Source: Lingula anatina
Lineage: Eukaryota; Animalia; Brachiopoda
NCBI GenBank assembly: GCA_051362555.1
Contig: CM120641.1
Coordinates: forward strand, 13,516,001-13,580,000
DNA: 64,000 bases
Direction: 5' to 3'
The notes beneath the pieces are model-generated. The model saw only the letters and a list, made by a program, of their open reading frames with translations. It searched no databases and was not told the origin of the DNA. Positions 52,711 to 64,000 of the stretch are shown piece after piece; position 1 is the first letter of the stretch, and each line of letters opens with the position of its first letter. Made by a program: the position numbers and the translations under genes.

Positions 52711-53385
52711 TTTAGTGATGAAAGTCAGTTTCTTTATTGTGAAAATGCACGGTCGATTTCAGATGTTTAGCCGCTTCTCCTACTGTGCAAAGCTAGCTCT
52801 ACCTTGGATCCTAGATGTGTGAACACTGTACAGTGTTCAGGTTCCTGCTTGTATCATATCATGCCCATTTTTGTGTGTCATTATAATTTAGTGATTGCAT
52901 CATCTGACACAGTGAAAAGGGACGGCTGTCCTGGCGTCACGTGTTCTTTGGCTCTTTTTAAAAGCACTTTATAAAGACAATACAAATTATCTCTGTCGCG
53001 GTAAAATGCCAGAACTATAAATTAAATCGGCGTGAAACTAACATGAACAGCAACGTTGTGACCAAGTGTGTGAATGTTGAATGGTTTACGTTTCGTACAT
53101 ATCGGATGGGGCATTGAAGACTATTCTTAGCCGTTTGACAATAGATCAGGGGAAGAGTCCAGGTCATTTACATAGTGGGAAGTCTTAGGTTGAGACCGCT
53201 ACGCCGGTGTAACTAAACTGAGGGTCCGTGTAACAGAAAGTCCTCTCTCCATATAGTTATAATGGTTTGGGTTAGTCTGACCTAAGTGGGTCAAAATCTA
53301 GGGAGAGGCTCACCTGTACAAATGAATGGGAGGCGGACCTTCTGTCATGAGGGACTATGACACGTTACAATTTATAATTAGACCA

Positions 53386-53520
53386 ATTATCATCAGGACT
53401 GAGGCAGAAAAGGTGAGCAGATATCAGGACCTAGCATATGAAATTTAGAGAATTCACAGGGCATCGAAAGTGTCAGTGATACCAGTCGTGATTGGCGCAC
53501 TTGGAACAATCTCGAAGACC
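53386..53520 (+). mobile_element. Short remnant of a restriction-like-endonuclease LINE (R4/Dong/NeSL type)
   Basis: EAEKVSRYQDLAYEI*RIHRASKVSVIPVVIGALGTISK matches the K..KY..L...V.P.VIGALG pattern of the RLE domain C-terminus. Confidence 0.65.
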
Positions 53521-53584
53521 TTATCACGAAGAGTTGACCAGGAGAGCATAGGCTACAATCCCGTGCCGTCATTTTGGTTTAAAT

Positions 53585-54965
53585 GTAGTAGTAGTAGTTT
53601 ATTTACCGTGACATTCTTGTCATAGGTACGGTACAACAATTTACAGCATAATAATGTTAATCACAATAATTTTAAAGTAAATAAATGAGAATGAAGATAA
53701 TACAATGCCAATACGTCAAGTATAATTTTTAAATCTTTCCCTGCGCTTGCAGGCCACTAATAAAAATATTTCCTGAGATTTCTATTTTCTGTTAGGTTAT
53801 GACTTCCAAGTAACAGTATTAATTTAAAACCCGAGGGCTTCTGCCAGTAATATTTTTTAATATATTTGTTTCTCAAGTCACTATAATATGGGCAGATAAA
53901 GACAAAACGAAACTCATCCTCTATATCATTTCGGTCACATAGTGTACATTTTCTATCTTCTTTCGGAACACTGTGGTATCTCCACTCATGAGTTTATGAT
54001 CTGATATTCTAAACTTACATATAATTTGTCTAGTTTTAAAGGAGCGATTTCTCCTAGATAGCCTTGTAGGTCGAAAATATCTGTCAAGTGTCTATTTAGT
54101 AAACATTTAAATGATTTTTGTATTATTACACGAATTTCTTGAATTAAGTTGTCCCTTTAACGTGTTTCAAAGTCTTTTAGAAAATAAGATTCATCTGGTA
54201 CACTTTGATCCTCCCAGACATCTGATAGTCCGAGATGTGTTAACATGCTTTTTACCTTAGTTGCCCAGTTATCGAACTCATTACACGAAAGAAGAAGGTT
54301 ATCATAGACCCCCTTAAAATACAATTTTGTGTTCTTAATAGCCTAGTTCAATACCTCACTATTTTGACCATCCTATGGTATTTCAATCGCAATCGCCCTA
54401 ATTCGTTATAGACAGCAGCCGACACGACTTTGGTACTGACCCCAAGGTCGCTTTACAATATTGCAAATGTACTTTTTCAATGTCTGATAAATTATGGAAC
54501 CCTCAGACCTCACTTCCGTAATTTAGGATTGGTAACAAATAGGTCTCAAAGAGAAAAAGTTCAGTTTCTACATTAAAGAATGAGTCTCTACTGATATTTC
54601 TTATTGCAAACATTGCTTTTCTTCCCTGATCTGCTATAGCTTTCTGTGTGGTAAGAAACTTTCCATTAGAACTTAAAAGTAACCCTAGATAAGGAAAACT
54701 ATTAGCTGTCTCAATTTTCATTCCCTTATAGTACCACGATTCATTTTCACGAATTTTCCCCGTTTTTTTAAATCAAAATTTTAGTTTTACTAACATACAC
54801 TGTTAACCCCACCCCATCCTGAATAAGGTTGTCTACCATATTTTGCAAATCAGAGGGTGACTCAGAAAACAAAACCGTATCATCTGCATACATCAACAAA
54901 AAGATATTTAACTCTCCCATTTTCAGACTGCTGCTATTGTTTTTCAGTAAATAAATCTCAAAATC
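53585..54965 (-). mobile_element. 5'-truncated, frameshifted non-LTR retrotransposon (RTE-X/Proto2-like)
   Basis: LLMYADDTVLFSES near 54890, FPYLGLLLSSNG...PILNYGSEV, C-terminal CTLCDRNDIEDEFRFVFICP..Y.DLR, then AATAAA and a (CTA)n tail. Confidence 0.82.
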
Positions 54966-55855
54966 TGTCAGAAGGTCACCTTTGTGTTGGCATTTGTCAC
55001 TGATTAGTGCCTACCCCGGTGTAATAGGTGAATTAGTGTGACCATATATGTGGAATTTCATGTCAGATGGACATATAAACGTCAAAAAATTGTCACAATA
55101 TTAAAAATTATACATCTTTGTATAGCAGTCGTGGATCGGTACGGTTCAGTTGTCAGTTGCGAACTACTTCCTGGTTTTCACAAGGTCCTTCAAAGACTCT
55201 AAAACATCGTTATAATTGCAGCACATACTATAAAACACCCAAAAATACTTAGATATGGGCATAACAGATTGCATACTTGCAAAACTTCCCCATGACAACG
55301 ATTAATAGCCTCCCGGGAATTCTTTTCCCTTGACGCTCTTTGTTGCCCCGGTGGTCGATGCAGCATATATTTCAAAACAAATTGTCTGCAAATTAAGCAC
55401 GATTTTTCACCCTTAAAATCCGTGACACGTTTTCATATCATGCTCCGATTATTTCTACAATTATTCTCTCTCCCAAATGCATTAAGATAAATTGTTACCT
55501 TACCGTGTTGTTAGAAAAAACGTCTTTACTCCCGTTCCCCGTGGGGAGTCTCACTAGATTACTGTCGGCTTAGTCGGCTTAAATGTCTGTCCCGCCTACT
55601 AAAATATGGAAGGGGGTAATTAACTTCCGTGCGCGCTCGGCTGACGGCAATTTAGCGTGAACCCCCAGGGAGTTAGGTCGATCCAGATGGATCGATCTAA
55701 ATCTGTGGGAATGCAGCCTTAGATACGACACTGTACCGTAACGTGAAGTTTGTCTTCTAGACATACAACAAATACGCGTGTATGCACCACGTGTTAGAGA
55801 GGTGTATGCAAAACATAAGTGGATGTAACAATTTGGACACCTTGCTGACGAGTAG

Positions 55856-56110
55856 TGCGTCGCATACACGCACGCCACACATGGATCCGTGATACACCTT
55901 GAATGGGTCTTTTTACTTGACATCCACCGTACTGCTAAACGTAAGTTAGATGAATGACCCTAAACATTTACTTTTCTATATAAGTCGGACAGACTTATAT
56001 AGAAAAGTCATTCATCTGACTTATGTTTAGCAGTACGGTGGATGTCAAGTAAAAAAGACCCATTCAAGGTGTATCACGGATCCATGTGTGGCGTGCGTGT
56101 ATGCGACGCA
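55856..56110. repeat. ~255-bp near-perfect palindrome, present only in duplication unit B
   Basis: Arms TGCGTCGCATACAC... / ...GTGTATGCGACGCA with a 5-nt loop GGACA (55987-55991); unit A has one direct copy at ~43358-43497. Confidence 0.9.
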
Positions 56111-57269
56111 TCTGGCTATTTTGGTCAGTGGACACGTGCGGTGGTATGAACTCAATAACCATAGGTAAGTGTGTAATTAATTATATGACCTAAATGAAAT
56201 GAAAGTAAAATGCATATTCCCCTGACCTCAACTTGCTTATGTAAGAAATTAAAAAGATTAAATTCATTCTCCGTAATGACTAGTTTGAATAATTATTTAT
56301 GAAACTCAACGGCTTCTTAATCGTGGTGATATCAAGCAATGACAGTTAAATCATTAACTCACTGTGTCATTATTTGTGAGCATGTAATAATAAAACCAAT
56401 TTCGAATTATGCTCTGTGATCTCCGGTCCTGGTGAATATTGCTGAATGCATGTGCGACTTGCGGGCTATCACGCTTCATCAGTCGATTTCTATAAGAAGG
56501 AAAACATTACTGGCAAAAAACGCTTAAACACCCTAGCGCTAATGTGTTAATTTGATTCTTCGAACTCAGCCTTTTGTTTGTGGAGAGGTGCACAATCAAA
56601 AAGGGAAAGAAGCAACACACAAGTATTAAACCCAGAGCTTAAATTACTTTCATGGTATTCATAATCAGAGGTGTGAACGCAATCAATATTTGTTACTTGT
56701 TATGATTTTTACATTATAAGTTACCAGTCAGGTTTAGGCAGGTCCTGAGGATGCATACCTTACAGCTCGTCACATAATGTATCAGCTGCTCAAATAGATT
56801 TTATTTATGCAGATAAACAGTAGCGTTTTTAAACATGTAGTAGATAAAGTGAAAAAAAAGAAAATAATGCTTGTGGTGAAATGAATATATACACAGCAAT
56901 ATCCAGTATTTTTTCTTGTTGTTTCCTCTTAAATTATTTCCTCTTATATCAGAACACAATTAGCATGTTTTATGTGTCACTTTCGTATGCCTTCAAAGAC
57001 GAAGTTTCACTGTTGTCGCTTAATAGTTAAATAACACGCGTTAACTTCACACGTTGAACTAACCTGAAGTCAGGCAATACTTTTTAATCTTACCTTATTA
57101 GGTGAATCTCATAAACAAAGAAGCGAAACAAACAAAACAACAAAAAAGTCAAATTTACCACTTCCTGGCGGACTTTGCCCCCACCAATTATCTTGCCCCC
57201 AACCCGAAGTCGGTGCGAAAAATGTGCTCAATGGCATTGCTGAAATGTGAGAATCCCGTGCTTGAGCAT

Positions 57270-58230
57270 GGGCTAAGAATTTTTTCCTTTCCCCGTTACA
57301 GAGTTACTACCTTCTGATATCAGGGGTATCAAAAAATTAACAGTATACAAAATTAAAGTTACGGTATTGGCCAGTGTCAAAAAAGAGGGTTGAAAGGCTA
57401 TTTGGTCGGAGGAAAATACCTTTTACCCCTGGAAATTTTGTTAAATATGAGATTTTTGAGGAAAAATCTCACACTGTGCATTTTTTATTTACACCACCTC
57501 ACGCAGATTTTCGCACGTTTCCTAGTCTGGTGTGACGTCACATAGTGCCGACAGCCTCATTTTAGGCTATCCCGGATGACCCTCATCTTAATTTTTAAAT
57601 TGGCGAAGGTCATTTACCGATGCCTATAAAGGATTCTTAAATCAGTACGATAATAAATAAAAGAGGAGTGTACTTTTCATCCATGGGAGTCTTTGGTATA
57701 TGCACCCTTCCTTCAATAGTCAGCAACATGTAGCTGAGGTGTGCATTATTTTTTTCAGACGAAATGACAGAGATTGACGATCTAGACGCCATAAAGGCGC
57801 ACAATATATAACCACACTATGGCGGGCAGTCCATAGCTTGTCACGGTGCCACAGGACTCACACGATGAATCACGGCTTACATTACAATCATCACCTTGAT
57901 CGTGTAATCGCGTGTTCAGCTCGGCAGGATCCCAATGCCTTGTCCCCCGAGAGTACCAAGGATAATAATAAATTATAGGAACCATCACCATCCAAATGAC
58001 AACAGCAACTCCACGGATGGTAACATGAACGCAGATCAGCGCCTAGCAAATCTAAATGGAAGAAACAATGCAAATGCGGAATGGACTGTTGTAGGTGTTA
58101 CTACACGCGAGCAATCGTCACAACATCAACACATTCGAGAGTCGTCCTTAGGAAGAAGCGCGACACCACTAAACAAATAAAAAAATCTTTGCATCCTTCC
58201 CAGTCAGAGAGAATGCCACACGCCCAACAT
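57270..58230 (-). pseudogene. Probable heavily decayed peptide-type GPCR pseudogene; paralogous remnant at ~45450-47070
   Basis: Across frameshifts and stops, in the expected order: LSDWEGCK.FF..LVVSRFF...VVTIARV (TM3-like), IRGVAVVIWMVMVPIIYYYPWY (TM4-like), W....SVVIYCAP...IVN (TM5-like), TLANTVTLILYTVNFL (TM7-like). Confidence 0.35.
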
Positions 58231-58445
58231 CGTGATTAAAGTCTTAAGCAGAAGGTAAGAGCAAACGCGAAAATAAAGTGCCTTCAAATTCTCTGCGACA
58301 ACTTTTCATTTTATTTTTAAGTTCTATTTACAGTCTATCGACGATGGTGTGGATATTCTGTTTGACCTGGAAGGGTTTCACGCCCGTCACGGTCATGTTC
58401 ACGCTGTCCACATCCACGAATAAGGGGTCACTGGGGGGCGCCTGT

Positions 58446-60511
58446 ACGTCTGTAAAGCCTCTCTTCTGGTCCTCAAATCAAGTTCGGTCCCTTGGTTCTA
58501 AACTGTTTACCAGAGGCTCTGTTCTGGTCCTACACCTGTAAATGTCCATCATGACGTGTTCTAACGTGTTCCCCAAACGTGTCCTTGGCTGACTCTCTTT
58601 TGGGCCCCAAACTTTTTCTGCGGTATAGTCTTCATTTGGAAACCTGCCAGTATGACGTTCGGGGGAGGGGAGGGGATTAATTACTTGCAGTTAAGCAACT
58701 CATCTAACGGTCATTTGGTCGATTCGCGAGATCAACGGACTACCTGGCTATTATTTCACAGCATAAATGGAAAGATATAAATTGCAGAGTAACTTTGTGT
58801 CGCAAGGATACTACTTATAATTATTTATTCACTTCATGCTCCCTCTTCCCCCCCCTCCCCGGGCACTTGTAATTGATACTCCGTATCTTGATTAATGTGG
58901 AAGAACTGAAAGATGAAAAGAGCGCCCAGACGTGAAGCCCTGAACGCGCTTGATAGAAACCAGATGTGAAGATAGTAAGATTTTATTGCCCGAGCCAGAC
59001 TACCGAATTTCCAATCTTACAGGTTGAAATAAGTGTGGGCAGGGGGGGGGGTATATATCTTCTTTACCGAGCCATGATAAAGTATATCAGTAGAAAGGTT
59101 CAACTTGACTTTTTTTTTAATTTGTGAAATAAACTAAACTAAACATAAACCATAACCCTAACCAAAAATCAATCCCTGACAAAGCTTAGATGTAACGAAT
59201 TAACACAATCTTCCAACAATCTGCTTAAAAGCTCTAATTAGTATTGGCGCTGCTTTAGGAGCGTACAGTGTTACCCCCTCGCCCGATATCCACGATAGCA
59301 TGCCTCGCTGGCGCTCGGCCTGCTATCGTGATATCGGGCTCGTGGACAGTGCATTATTTACTACTTATACTACGTAGTTATACTGGATCAGTCCTCTACC
59401 ATTAGTCCCTCAACTCGCCACAATGTCTTTGGTCAGATCACTGGGATTTCATGATATTCCCTTCACTGTACGCTCCTAAAGCAATACAATTGGGATGCTA
59501 CATGTAAGTTGTCATCCAGTAGCAAAACATCATTTGAACATTATCCGAATGATATGGGATATATAGCTTGTGAAAGCCTAGGTATAAATACCAACAAGGT
59601 ATGCAGCTCATCTCTAAACCAGCCCCGTCAATCAAACACACATTATCTTCACTTGCGTCTTAGTTTAAATGCAGTCAAACAGGCTATAATTACGAATATA
59701 TTGCGCGTTTATTAATAAACTTTGTTTATTTTAGATCCGCTGATTGGAAAATAATATAATCCATTTCTACTACTTGCACAAAACGCCTACATTTTGGTAT
59801 TTTTATAGTGACCATACCTCAACCCTAAATCCTGAAAATTGAAAAAAAAAAATTCTGAAACAAAATGCGTAAATGAATAAAGTAGCTAGACTATCCTTCA
59901 TATGGAACTCTTTACATAAATTGCAGTATTAATAGATTTATAAAACGTATGCAGTAAAAATCCATTATACTGTGCCTATATAAGCTCTGAATCACTATAG
60001 TTCTTGACAGTCCAGTGGACATTTAGGAAATTCACGGGAATAAACGCGTCCATATGAAAATAAGAGCTTATACTAACTTGAAACGGAATAAAGAACGAGT
60101 GAGTGAGTGAGTACCCCCCCCCCCCCACACACACACATGCACACAATCACCCACGAATGTAACTGTCTTGAAAACAAGAAGCAGAGAACGCCATAACCAT
60201 TGTAGTAGTATTAAGCATCCTAAAGGTAGTCACGCAGCAAAACTTTTGTGTTCTTTTAAAAATCTGAGAATATATTATAGCAAATATAATACAATTTAAA
60301 TAATTGAAATGCATTTCTTTCCAACATTCAGTTTACGTACGTTTTTTGGTAGCCTCTCAAAGTTTTAAACCTCAAATATTGGAGACCATAATAGAGTCAG
60401 CCAAGGACACGTTTGGGGAACACGTTAGAACACGTCATGATGGACATTTACAGGTGTAGGACCAGAACAGAGCCTCTGATTTGAGGACCAGAAGAGAGGC
60501 TTTACATACGT
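58446..60511. mobile_element. ~2.07-kb non-coding element bounded by 120-150-bp inverted repeats
   Basis: 58446-58596 is the reverse complement of 60393-60511 apart from one ~30-bp indel; no clear TSD or ORF. Confidence 0.65.
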
Positions 60512-61135
60512 CTACTGGTGGACTTTACCATCGACACGTCCACAAATTCTGTAACAAGACAGCATGATGGGTTTCTGCGTGGTAAGCCTATTTTTCCAGA
60601 CTTGATGACATTTTATGCGATGAAAATGGGAACGCAAAAGAAAGGAAATTACTAACCCAGATGACTCAGAGGCCAGAATTCCATTATTGGAAGATCCCTT
60701 GTGGTAAATGTTCCCTCTTTTAATTGTTCCACGTTTGTCTTGTCATTATCCTGATTATCAGAAGTTGTCGAAGTCATTTTGTCAGAAGGGTCTAACACAA
60801 AGTGGTTTATTACGTATTTACCCTACATTTTTATTCGCGGTATATGATATTTGCCCTTTATCTGTGTTTTGTGTTGTATATTGCGCAAACTGAGCTTTCC
60901 ATAATGTCCGCTTTCCTGCGCATAGGATCTTTGTGAAATTAGGGAGAGCGGCAGTCGACATAAAATATATAACTCATCTCTATATAAGACAACTAATGAT
61001 ACATGTGGAAGGCTGAGTACATACATGTACTAGTACAATTTACGCGTACTATAAAGTAATGACGATGTATGAATCAATATAAATCGGGCAAACGATAATT
61101 CCGAGTTGTCACCCTGTGTTAAGGGTTTCTATTTA

Positions 61136-61540
61136 ATTACCTCCGTCATGGAGGTTATGTTTTCACCCCTGTTCGTCTGTCTGTTTGTTAGTCTGTCATC
61201 AACATAACTCAAAAATTTATGAACCGATTTTGATGAAATTTTGAGGAACTGTCAGAAGTGGGCCAAGGAAGAGATGATTAGTGTTTGGTGGTGATCCGGA
61301 TCAATAATCAATCAATAATCAATAAGAAAAAAACTAAGTTATGGACCGATTTTGATGAAATTTTCAGGAACTGTCAGAAGTGGGCCAAGGAACAGATGAT
61401 AAGCTTTTGGTGGTGATCCGGATCAATAATCAATCAATAATCAATCATCAAAAATATCGAAAAATTTAGGGTTGAAACAGCATTGGATGCAGACTTTGCT
61501 GTCTTGGCGGAGGTCTGCGCTCTCTCAGTGCTTTGCTAGT
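61136..61540 (+). mobile_element. Non-autonomous Helentron-associated (HINE/DINE-like) element
   Basis: 5' ATTACCTCCG..GGAGGT hairpin, (GTCT)-type microsatellite, two ~122-bp tandem units, 3' TTGGCGGAGGT subterminal repeat, GCGCT..AGTGC stem-loop, CTAGTT end. Confidence 0.8.
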
Positions 61541-64000
61541 TTGTCATATAATTCTAACAGTGGTATTAATATATGTACCACTACTACAATGGATACTACT
61601 CGCTTGACTAAGCACACAGCCATAACAGCAGTGGTCAGAAGTTTCCAAGTAACTGGTTTGGTTTTTTGTAGTGAGAGCCAGTTATGACCATAAGACTTCT
61701 ACACCCTTTTCGTTACTACTGGGTTTTGATTATTTTTTGAACAATTTGCACCTTATTGTATGCAGATTGTTAGAAAAAGCAGTGCCTCGTTATTCTTTCT
61801 GTCATTGCTATTGTTTTTGTAGATTCACGTTGGTCCACGCAGAAAACCGATTCCCCGTTGTGTCACTGGAATCAGGAGCGCTGCAAAATGGAAGGATGTC
61901 GGGAATAGTGATAGTTACCGAGTTTCTTTTCATCTGTATCAAAGTCTGCACACTACACTTGGCCTGAGGGCGTTCTGGTTCTTGCTTTTGGTATGAAGAG
62001 GATTGTTGTCAGTCAGTTCGGATATGATACACATGTCTACCGCCCAAACGATTTGTCTTTTATGAGAACAAAGAGGAATGAAATACATTTGTAGTTACAA
62101 ATACCTTTAAAGCGTGAATGCTTTTTTTTCGATAAGAGTTTGAAATGGGTCAATAATTACATGGACAATGAGCGTGTTACGTTTTAGACAGTAGGTGTAT
62201 GGAATCCAGTGAAAGTGATGTAAGCAACACTGTAGCTCTTATCAATATATCATTTCATACGTTTGGGATAGTTGAGTTCACTGGTTGCTTCTCACACTGC
62301 TTTTATTCTAGTTGCATATTAAGTCTTAGAGCATATTGACAACAACGCTATTAGAATCGAAAAAATGACAAAAGCATTGAACAACTTTTATTTGAAAATG
62401 GAGTAGAATTGGACGTGACAGTCGTCTACTTAAATCTAAAGAACATTATCCGTTATATAACAGATAGGGTTGATTAGCTAATTATCAACCAATAGTTAAT
62501 ACTTGTAAATTTGTGCTGACTAGTATTGTTTGCCATCTACGTATTAATATGTATTTCAAAAAGATCATATGACTAAATTATAATGAAAAAAATTCAAGAT
62601 TTCCAATTTAGTTGGTTTGAAATTACTTCTTCTCTTTCCTTTTTCTGATGGAAAGTACGTACTTAACATCTCTAATTGTGATCAGTTTATTATCATATTT
62701 ATCAGAAAATATTTTAAACACTGAGATGATACTTACGGTTGTATTTTGTTTTGCAAATGTGTTGCTCTTGACATTTTTAATGGGCCATTTGTACTGATTC
62801 AATAAAGAGAATATTTTTGTTGGGTTATTTTCCTCCCATACATGTCTAGAACATGAAAGCATGTTTCTGTACTAGGTCTACATGTTTAAAACATACTAAC
62901 AAACAAGCCACGCTGATCATGATGCATAACGTTTTATGACCTTACCGTAATCAATATCTAATAAAAACCATGGTCTACATATAGAAGTCAGAAAACTTAA
63001 AACTATCACATAAAGAATGACCAAAAAGAATTCACACAACTCGGCATCATCATTAAACCTTAATACATGTACAATCAGCCTGTTTAATTTCGATCTACCA
63101 AGATAAATCAGTTCTTTCTTTAAATAACAACAGAAAGTAATCACAAAAAAAGCTAAATGGTGAATAATTGCTCAAATTTTAATGGCACATCTAAACATAA
63201 AATCTTTGTCGTAAACAACTACAAATGTGTACTTTACACTCTGAATTACTCTGGTTTCCTCATATAGATTAAATGGTGAAAACAAACAAAGTTCATCCGG
63301 CTCATGTTCTACGCTTTTAACCCAGTTCCCCGAATATGTTCTTTTCTATCCAGCAGCGTCTGTCGTCCAATGAGAGTATAAAAATAAAGCAATTTAGTTC
63401 AGATCCGCAATTAATTTCCGGCGGTTGCTTTTTTTTCACAGCTGACTTATCAGGTGCTTCGATCGCAACTCTTGTCGCGTCACTACTCCGTCACCTGAAA
63501 GTAGAGATAGACCCAAATGACATTTAATGAAAAGAAATGTCTACCATGTCAGATGATTCTTACTCCCATGATACATGAAAATTTCAGTAACATTTGGGGG
63601 GGGGGGGGTCGCTTATATTCAATTACAGTGTAATTTTCTTTTAACTAACCCACACGCCAAAATGATGACGCGTGTTACGCGCCAAGTTTTCACCCTGCAA
63701 AGCAGACGGAAGAAAACACGCATAGGTAGACTTGTTATGTTAGTAGCTTGTTGATCACCGAGATCCCTGTGTTCATTTATGCCCTTAATTTTTTATAAAA
63801 AAGGTGGTAATGAATCGTTTATGATTAAATATTTTACTTCTTACTTATTTACCTCTATAGCCATTTACCATTTATTCACTTTCGGCGACTACTTACGGTT
63901 TGTGTCTACTATTCTATCTACAAAAACATCTGCGATCTGTGAAGATTCGTTGAGTAAATCTGCTAATTCTTCGTTGGTCATTAAGGGGCTGAAATAAATA

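Larger units (their letters stand above)
35790..58235. repeat. Tandem direct segmental duplication, unit A ~35790-47075 and unit B ~47280-58235
   Basis: Collinear homology over 3' UTR, exons, introns and upstream DNA (e.g. cgcccaacatcgtga at ~47060 and ~58220); the units differ by substitutions and by different transposon insertions. Confidence 0.9.

Noticed and set aside
61218-61445. Repeat pair that could suggest a repeat-spacer array
   Set aside because: Contiguous ~122-bp tandem units inside a Helentron-type element; no unique spacers and eukaryotic context, so not CRISPR.

Overview
AT-rich, intron-rich eukaryotic DNA from an invertebrate animal (probably a marine bilaterian; the species cannot be called from sequence alone). 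Hand-spliced gene models give: (1) the 5' part of a FEZ/UNC-76 kinesin-adaptor gene (- strand, runs off the left edge), whose intron 4 holds a 9-nt neural-type microexon candidate and a 42-nt cassette exon; (2) a complete, frame-intact 19-exon HAP2/GCS1 gamete fusogen gene (- strand, 13306-23090, 887 aa by my exon sum); (3) a 5-exon apolipoprotein D-like lipocalin (+); (4) a single-exon allatostatin-A/galanin-type GPCR (-); (5) two intact SLC16/MCT-like transporter genes (-) in an ~11 kb tandem duplication, each copy also carrying a probable decayed GPCR. Mobile DNA is abundant: a Penelope GIY-YIG fragment bracketed by inverted pLTRs with minimal hammerhead ribozyme cores, Harbinger and CACTA MITEs with TSDs, an 8-bp-TSD element whose empty site is visible in the paralogous copy, L2, RTE-X/Proto2-like and R4-like LINE remnants, a Helentron-type element, and a palindrome present in only one duplicate. 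No rRNA, tRNA or CRISPR array was seen. All calls come from reading the sequence; no searches were run.
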